From Gemmatimonadota bacterium (lineage in GTDB: Bacteria > Gemmatimonadota > Gemmatimonadetes > Longimicrobiales > RSA9), in assembly GCA_040882575.1 (NCBI GenBank), contig JBBEBA010000054.1, forward strand, positions 27,086 through 91,085: a stretch of DNA of 64,000 nt. Direction: 5' to 3'. The notes beneath the pieces were generated by a model that saw only the letters and a program-made list of their open reading frames with translations, did not search any database and was not told where the DNA came from. Shown here in pieces: positions 58,234 to 64,000 of this stretch (within the stretch, counting starts at the first letter, position 1; each line of letters begins with the position of its first letter). The position numbers and the translations under genes are program-made.

Positions 58234-59052
58234 TCAGCGCCGTCGGCGCCCTCTCCCCGCGCGAACGCGCACCGCCATTTCGGCATCCTCGATGGCGTGG
58301 AAGGCGAGGTCGAGGCCGAAGAGGGTGATGAACGGTTCGACGCGGTCCACGGTCGTGCAGTGGGGCGCGAGAAGCGGAGCGAGGCCGCCGGTGGCGACGA
58401 CGAGAGCCTGCGGGCGCTGCCATTCGCGACGAATGCGGTTCACGAGGCCGTCGATGGTGTCGATCGCGCCCCAGAAAATGCCCGACTGCATGGAAGTTTC
58501 GGTGCGGCGGCCAATGACCGTAGGAGGCGGCAGCAGATCGACGCGCGGCAGCTTGGCGGTGTTGCGAACGAGAGTTTCGGCGCCGGTCCTGACACCCGGT
58601 GCGATGATGCCGCCGACGAAAACGCCGTCGCCGGAGATACAATCGAAGGTGGTGGCGGTGCCGAGATCGACGACGACGGTATCGCACTGGAAGAGCTGGG
58701 CAGCGGCGAGCGTGTTCAGTATGCGATCTGCGCCGACCGAGCGGGGCTCTTCGACATCGAGGCGGATGGGCAGCGAGGTAGCCGCGTCGATGACGACGAC
58801 GCGGCTGCCGATGTGGCGTTCGCCCATCTCGACCGCAACCGCGGTCATGGCCGGGACGACGGAGCCGATGACCAAAGCGCGAATCTCATCGGCATCGTAG
58901 CCGGACTCACGAACGAGTCCGCGGACGAGCAGCCCGAACTCATCGACCGTGCGTTCGGGATGCGTGCCGATGCGCCAGTGGTCGAGCAGTTCGCGATCCT
59001 CGAAAAGGCCGATGGCGATCTCTGTGTTGCCGACGTCGAACGCGAGGATCAT
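58234..59052 (-). CDS. coaX: type III pantothenate kinase
   Basis: AFDVGNT, SVVP, VGADR, DLGTATTFD and ATGG motifs. Confidence 0.94.
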   Translation of the reverse strand: MILAFDVGNTEIAIGLFEDRELLDHWRIGTHPERTVDEFGLLVRGLVRESGYDADEIRALVIGSVVPAMTAVAVEMGERHIGSRVVVIDAATSLPIRLDVEEPRSVGADRILNTLAAAQLFQCDTVVVDLGTATTFDCISGDGVFVGGIIAPGVRTGAETLVRNTAKLPRVDLLPPPTVIGRRTETSMQSGIFWGAIDTIDGLVNRIRREWQRPQALVVATGGLAPLLAPHCTTVDRVEPFITLFGLDLAFHAIEDAEMAVRVRAGRGRRRR

Positions 59053-59068
59053 GGGCAGGCCGTGTCGT

Positions 59069-59893
59069 TCAGGCGAGGCGTACAGTGGCGGAGGAAATTC
59101 TCCGGACCACGCCGTCGCGGTGCGTGAGCAGTGCGCCATCGGGATCGATGCCGCGTGCATCATATGGTGCAGGATCGGAATCGACCAGAACGCGGGCATC
59201 GCGCAGCGCGTCGAGTGATGCGAAGCGGTCCAGTTCCTGGTGCGTGAGCGATACGAGCGGCGCGGTGCGCAGCGGTCGCAGTGCGTCAGCGAGCGCGGCC
59301 ATGAGGCGCGGCCGGTCGAGCGCCTGTGCGCCGGGGATCGGACCGGTCGCGCATGCAGCGAGGGAAGTCGCCACGCCGCGGAGCGCAGGCGGCCAGTCCT
59401 CGGTACGCTGGTGCACGTTCAGTCCGAGTCCGACGACGACGTAGCCGCTGCGTGCGCCGGCGTTCACGGCCTCGCAGAGGATGCCGCCGACCTTTCCGGC
59501 GCCCGGCACCACGAGATCATTGGGCCACTTCAGCCGGACATCGGAGCCTGTCGCCGAACGGAGTGCGGTCGCAGCCGCGATGCCGACCCGCAGCGGTATG
59601 GTGCCGGGCGCGACGTCGAGCGGCGCGGGTGCGGGCCGGAGCAGGCAGGACATGAGGATGGAACCGGCAGGGCGGTCGTGCCAGGTGCGGCCGAGTCGGC
59701 CGCGACCGGCGCTCTGGTGATCGGCGAGCACGATCAGGCCGGCGGGCGCGCCAGCCTCGGCGCGGACGCGCGCGATGTAGTTGGTCGATGGCACTGAGTC
59801 GAAGACGAGCAGCTCGGGCACATCCCATTCGATCAGCCAGTGTCCGATGGGCAGCCCGTGCCACCGTGCGGTTGGCTGCGCGGCAGGGGTCAC
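59069..59893 (-). CDS. birA: biotin-protein ligase (no N-terminal HTH)
   Basis: STN, QSAGRGRLGRTW, LKWPND and KVGGILCE motifs. Confidence 0.92.
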   Translation of the reverse strand: MTPAAQPTARWHGLPIGHWLIEWDVPELLVFDSVPSTNYIARVRAEAGAPAGLIVLADHQSAGRGRLGRTWHDRPAGSILMSCLLRPAPAPLDVAPGTIPLRVGIAAATALRSATGSDVRLKWPNDLVVPGAGKVGGILCEAVNAGARSGYVVVGLGLNVHQRTEDWPPALRGVATSLAACATGPIPGAQALDRPRLMAALADALRPLRTAPLVSLTHQELDRFASLDALRDARVLVDSDPAPYDARGIDPDGALLTHRDGVVRRISSATVRLA

Positions 59894-60783
59894 GGCCGAT
59901 GGACACGCAGCGACAGGTCCAATGCGGGCGCCGAGTGGGTGATGGCACCGACGCTGATGTAGTCCACGCCCGTCGCGGCGACTGCGCGCACGCGTTCGAG
60001 CGTCATGTTCCCGGACGCCTCGATCTGCGGCCTCTGCCGCACCTTGTGCAGGCGGTTCACGATGGCGGCCGTGGTCGGGGTGTCCAGGTTGTCGAGCAGG
60101 ATCCGGTCTACGCCGGCCGCGATCGCGCCGTCAAGCTCATCCACCGAGTGGACCTCGACGATGATCGGCAGACTGCGCGTGTTCTGATCACGCACCCGCT
60201 TAACGGCTTCGCCAATGCCGCCGGCAATCGCGGCGTGATTCTCCTTGATCATGATCGCGTCGTAGAGGCCGGCGCGGTGGTTCTCGCCGCCGCCCGCGCG
60301 GACCGCTGCCTTCTCGAGCGCACGCCAGCCGGGCGTAGTCTTGCGCGTATCCAGTATCTTCACGCCCGTCCCTGCGACGGCGTCCACGAAGCGTCGCGTC
60401 GCCGTTGCGATCCCGGAGAGTCGCTGCAGGAAGTTCAATGCGACGCGCTCACCCGTGAGGATGGCACGTCCGGGACCGCGCAGCTGCACCACGCTTGCAC
60501 CCGGATGCACCGCCGCGCCATCGCCCGCGACGACCTCGAAATCCACGCGCGGGTCCAGCCGCAGGAACACGGCGGCGGCGAGAGCGACACCGGCTATGAC
60601 GCCGTCATCCCTGGCGACGATGGTCGCATGCACGCGCGTGCGCGCGGGCACCGTCCAGCGCGTGGTCCAGTCGCCGGGGCCGCGGTCCTCCTCGAGCGCG
60701 AGGTCGATGAGATGAAGTGCCGCGTCGTCGACGGCGAGGATGGCCGGAATACGTCGGGTGGCCGCTTCGACTGGATCCATCAC
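59890..60783 (-). CDS. nadC: nicotinate-nucleotide pyrophosphorylase (quinolinate phosphoribosyltransferase)
   Basis: GERVALNFLQRLSGIAT, DTRKTTPG, HRAGLYD..MIKENH, LLDN and EASG motifs. Confidence 0.95.
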   Translation of the reverse strand: MMDPVEAATRRIPAILAVDDAALHLIDLALEEDRGPGDWTTRWTVPARTRVHATIVARDDGVIAGVALAAAVFLRLDPRVDFEVVAGDGAAVHPGASVVQLRGPGRAILTGERVALNFLQRLSGIATATRRFVDAVAGTGVKILDTRKTTPGWRALEKAAVRAGGGENHRAGLYDAIMIKENHAAIAGGIGEAVKRVRDQNTRSLPIIVEVHSVDELDGAIAAGVDRILLDNLDTPTTAAIVNRLHKVRQRPQIEASGNMTLERVRAVAATGVDYISVGAITHSAPALDLSLRVHRP

Positions 60784-61901
60784 CGGCTCAGGACCTCCTC
60801 GTAGAACGCCTCGTATCGGGAAACGATGGCGTCGGCCCCGAAGCGCTCCGCCGCGCGCCTCGCCTCGACGCTGAAGCGGCGCCAGGCGTCCCGATCCTGC
60901 AGCAGGTGCATGGCGGCATCAGCCATCGTATCCACGGCGCCGACTGCGGCAAGGTATCCGGACACGCCGTGCTCCACCAATTCCGGCACGCCGCCGGTGT
61001 TGGTCGCAATGACCGGGACCCCGCACGCCATCGCTTCGAGGGCGACGAGGCCGAACGCCTCCATCTCGCTCGGCAGCAGGAACAGGTCGGTGCACGCGAG
61101 CAGCTCTGCTACCGATGCCTGCTTGCCGAGGAACACGACGCGATCGGCTACGCCGAGGTCGAACGAGAGCTGCTGTACGCGGAGGCGGTCGGGCCCATCG
61201 CCGACGAGCAGCAGGCGCGCCGGGACCTGCTGCACGACACGTGCGAATATGCGGACCACGTCGTCCACGCGTTTGACGCCGCGGAAGTTCGAGATGTGCG
61301 TCAGGATGCGCTCGCCTTCCTTCGCCAGCCTGGCACGATGGCAGGGATAAGCGTCGCGGCTGTAGCGCTCGAGGTCCACGAAGTTCGGAATCACGGTGAC
61401 ATCACCGACCGGGATATCGAAGTGCTCGTGGGTCTCACGCCGCAGGTACTCGGAGACGGCGGTCAGACCGTCGGACTTGCGGATGGAGAACTGCGTCAGG
61501 CTCTGGAACGAAGGGTCCTGACCGACCAGCGTGATGTCCGTGCCGTGCAGCGTCGTCACGATGCGGAAGTCGGGACGCGCGAGCAGCTCCTTCGCGATCC
61601 ACGCGGAGGTCGCGTGCGGCACGGCATAGTGCGCGTGCAGAAGCTGGAGATCATGCTTCTCGACCACGTTCTGGATCGCAACGCTCAGCGCCAGGTTGTA
61701 GGGCGGATGCTCGAAGAGCGGGTAGTTCGGTACCTCCACTTCGTGGTAGTAGATGCGCTCGACGAAATACGGCAGCCTGAACGGCTGCGCGTAAGTGATG
61801 AAATGCACCTCGTGCCCGCGCCCGGCCAGCTCCATGCCGAGCTCCGTGGCGACGACGCCCGATCCACCATACACCGGGTAGCAGCTGATTCCGATCTTCA
61901 C
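60780..61901 (-). CDS. bshA: N-acetyl-alpha-D-glucosaminyl L-malate synthase (bacillithiol pathway)
   Basis: CYPVYGGSGVVATELG, HAHYAVPHA, TTLHGTDITLVG, HISNFRGVKR and EAFGLVALEAM motifs. Confidence 0.9.
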   Translation of the reverse strand: MKIGISCYPVYGGSGVVATELGMELAGRGHEVHFITYAQPFRLPYFVERIYYHEVEVPNYPLFEHPPYNLALSVAIQNVVEKHDLQLLHAHYAVPHATSAWIAKELLARPDFRIVTTLHGTDITLVGQDPSFQSLTQFSIRKSDGLTAVSEYLRRETHEHFDIPVGDVTVIPNFVDLERYSRDAYPCHRARLAKEGERILTHISNFRGVKRVDDVVRIFARVVQQVPARLLLVGDGPDRLRVQQLSFDLGVADRVVFLGKQASVAELLACTDLFLLPSEMEAFGLVALEAMACGVPVIATNTGGVPELVEHGVSGYLAAVGAVDTMADAAMHLLQDRDAWRRFSVEARRAAERFGADAIVSRYEAFYEEVLSR

Positions 61902-62827
61902 TCGTTCTCCTCAGCCCAGATGCGGGCGATCTCATCCGCAAGCGCGTCCCGCGGACGGGTCGCATCGAGCCACCGCGCGTCGGGCGGGAGCTGGTTGCGG
62001 AACCAGGTCCTCTGCCGGCGCGCATACCGCCGCGTTGCCGCCTTGATGTCGGTCACGGCGTCCACCAGGCTTCGCTCACCTCGCACATGCGGGACCATTT
62101 CCATGTAACCCGTGGCGTTCATGCCGGGATCCCGCTCATCGTGTCCCGCGTCCATGAGCCTGCGAACTTCCTCCACCAGCCCCTCGTCTACCATGCGGTC
62201 GACGCGCTCCTCGATGCGGCGGACCAGCTCCTGCCGGTCGAGCGTGAGCACGATGACCAGCGGATCGAGGCCGGCGGCGGCAGGCGGCGCATGCCGTCGC
62301 AGCCAGGCGAGGGTGCGCCCGGTCAGCATCGCGACCTCGATCACCCGCGCGAGCCGCTGCCGGTCCTCGTGTCCCACCGTGTTTCCGGGATCGAGCGTGT
62401 CGGCCCAGCGTGCGAGCGCCTCCGTCGGCAGAGCTTCGAGATACCGCTTCCACTGTTCCCTCAGCGCGGCGTCAACCCGCGGTTCCTCGAACATTGGGTG
62501 GGTCAGCGCGCGCAGGAAAAAGCCGGTGCCGCCGGCCAGCACGGGTACGCGGCCGCGGCCGCGGATCTCGTCCATCCAGTCGCGCGCGAGTCTCGCAAAG
62601 CGGCCGGCGTTGAACCGTTCCTCCGGCGAGACGACATCGAAGCCGTGGTGAGCTATGCCATCGCGCTCGACCATCGCCGGCTTGGCAGTGCCAATGTCCA
62701 TACCGCGATAAACCTGCCGCGAGTCGAAGGAGATGATCTCGCCGTCCACGCGCTGTGCGACGGCTATGGCGAGCGCGGTCTTGCCGGAAGCCGTTGCACC
62801 CGTGATCGCAATGGCATCTCGTGACAT
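61898..62827 (-). CDS. miaA: tRNA dimethylallyltransferase
   Basis: GATASGKT, DSRQVYRGMDIGTAKP, GGTGFF and TRRYARRQRTWF motifs. Confidence 0.95.
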   Translation of the reverse strand: MSRDAIAITGATASGKTALAIAVAQRVDGEIISFDSRQVYRGMDIGTAKPAMVERDGIAHHGFDVVSPEERFNAGRFARLARDWMDEIRGRGRVPVLAGGTGFFLRALTHPMFEEPRVDAALREQWKRYLEALPTEALARWADTLDPGNTVGHEDRQRLARVIEVAMLTGRTLAWLRRHAPPAAAGLDPLVIVLTLDRQELVRRIEERVDRMVDEGLVEEVRRLMDAGHDERDPGMNATGYMEMVPHVRGERSLVDAVTDIKAATRRYARRQRTWFRNQLPPDARWLDATRPRDALADEIARIWAEENE

Positions 62828-62829
62828 GG

Positions 62830-64000
62830 TCAGCCGTGCCGACCGAATCGCCGCTCCAGCTCGTCGAGCGAGAGCCGGATCACGGTCGGCCTGCCGTGCA
62901 CGTCGTGGTACGGGAGCTCGGTGTCGAACAGGCGCTCGAAAAGCTCTTCCATCTCGACGTTCGAGAGGCGCTGACCGGCCTTGATCGCACCCTTGCACGC
63001 GAACGTCATGGCGATCCGCTCGTATTGCGTCCGGGCGGAGCGCGTCAGCTCGCTGCCGGCCGCCAGCTCCGCGATCATCTCGCGGGCGCAGCGTTCGGCG
63101 TCGAAGTACGGGTGCGGCGCGGGAGCAGCGTGCATGATCACAGTACGGCCGCCGAACGGCGCCATTTCGAAGCCGGCCCGCTCGAACATCTCGCGCGCAT
63201 CGTCAATGGTGGCATACTCGCCTGGCGTGAGCCGCAGCGTGATCGGGAACAGCAGCCGCTGGCTCTCCAGACCGCCGCGGTCGAAGGCGCTCATCAGCTG
63301 CTGGAAGAGGACTCGTTCATGCGCGGAATGCTGGTCGATGATCAGCAGTCCCGTCCTCGTCTCCGCCAGGATGTACGAATCGTGCATCTGCCACAGCTGC
63401 GGGCGCCCGTTGGCGAGCGGCGCCGCGGCTGCACCGGACGCCGCGCTCGCGCCGGTCGGCCCGTTCGTGACGGCATCCGCACTCGTGCCGGCCTCGGCAT
63501 CCGCCGAAGCCGGGTCGTCGCCGCCGGGCGGCATCCGCTCGGCGGCTGCGACGAAGAACGCGAGCTGACCAACGGTGGCAGCGCCGGTCCTGGCCGCCTC
63601 GGACGGCACCGGCTCGCGTCTCAGCTGCGGCAGCGGAACGCGGCGGTCGAGTGTCGCGGCGCTGTCCACGCGGTTCATCGCGTCGCGCACGGCGGTCTCG
63701 ATGCACTCCTCCACACGAGGCCGGTCGTCGAAGCGCACCTCGAGCTTGGCCGGGTGCACGTTCACGTCCACGGCGCCGGCACCGAGCTTCAGGTACAGCA
63801 GCAGCGAGGGCCGTGCGCCGTGCGGCACCGTCGTACGATACCCGCGCTCTGCAGCCGCTACCAGACCTCGATCGCGGAATGGCCGGCCATCCGCGTAGAG
63901 GTGCACACGGCGCGGACCCGACAGCGAGGCATCCGGCCGTTCCACCAGGCCACCGACTGTCAGGTCCGGCTCACTGCGCCCAACGGCGATGAACCGCCCC
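62830..64000 (-). CDS. mutL: DNA mismatch repair protein MutL; 5' end lies outside the window
   Basis: VDVNVHPAKLEVRF, IIDQHSAHER, ACKGAIKAG and HGRPT motifs. Confidence 0.93.
   Translation of the reverse strand, partial: GRFIAVGRSEPDLTVGGLVERPDASLSGPRRVHLYADGRPFRDRGLVAAAERGYRTTVPHGARPSLLLYLKLGAGAVDVNVHPAKLEVRFDDRPRVEECIETAVRDAMNRVDSAATLDRRVPLPQLRREPVPSEAARTGAATVGQLAFFVAAAERMPPGGDDPASADAEAGTSADAVTNGPTGASAASGAAAAPLANGRPQLWQMHDSYILAETRTGLLIIDQHSAHERVLFQQLMSAFDRGGLESQRLLFPITLRLTPGEYATIDDAREMFERAGFEMAPFGGRTVIMHAAPAPHPYFDAERCAREMIAELAAGSELTRSARTQYERIAMTFACKGAIKAGQRLSNVEMEELFERLFDTELPYHDVHGRPTVIRLSLDELERRFGRHG

Overview
A high-GC, mostly minus-strand housekeeping region. The gene content and order suggest a Gemmatimonadota-like bacterium, which is an inference. 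It contains: rlmD (partial), a kinase-less Hpt/receiver quartet, acyl-CoA carboxylase subunits, rpsA-cmk-aroA-rnz, tRNA-Leu, a three-gene two-component cassette, a pentose-phosphate/aldolase cluster, the ArgR-regulated argCBD-GNAT-argGH operon, a DUF2270-like pseudogene, an M28 peptidase, tRNA-Cys and tRNA-Gly, a GH125-like gene divergent from a TonB-dependent receptor, recN-nadK-dxs-ispA-xseBA-folD-rny-zapA, pheTS-rplT-rpmI-infC, thrS, groEL/ES with a CIRCE operator, coaX-birA-nadC-bshA-miaA and mutL (partial). The most unusual signal is intergenic: several inverted-repeat elements built from degenerate 6-, 7- or 9-nt periodic repeats, each placed upstream of a housekeeping gene. One element (54988-55728, arms 50/51 identical) brackets an antisense four-helix-bundle (IVS-protein/Avd-like) gene. 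A second (51278-51643) brackets a frameshifted gene fragment. Two more are nearly empty hairpins (27574-27664, 58001-58217), and two are solo arms (8836-8918, 49692-49749) matching arms elsewhere in the window. Together they suggest an undescribed transposase-free mobile or RNA-structural cassette system. All alignments were done by eye, with no database searches.
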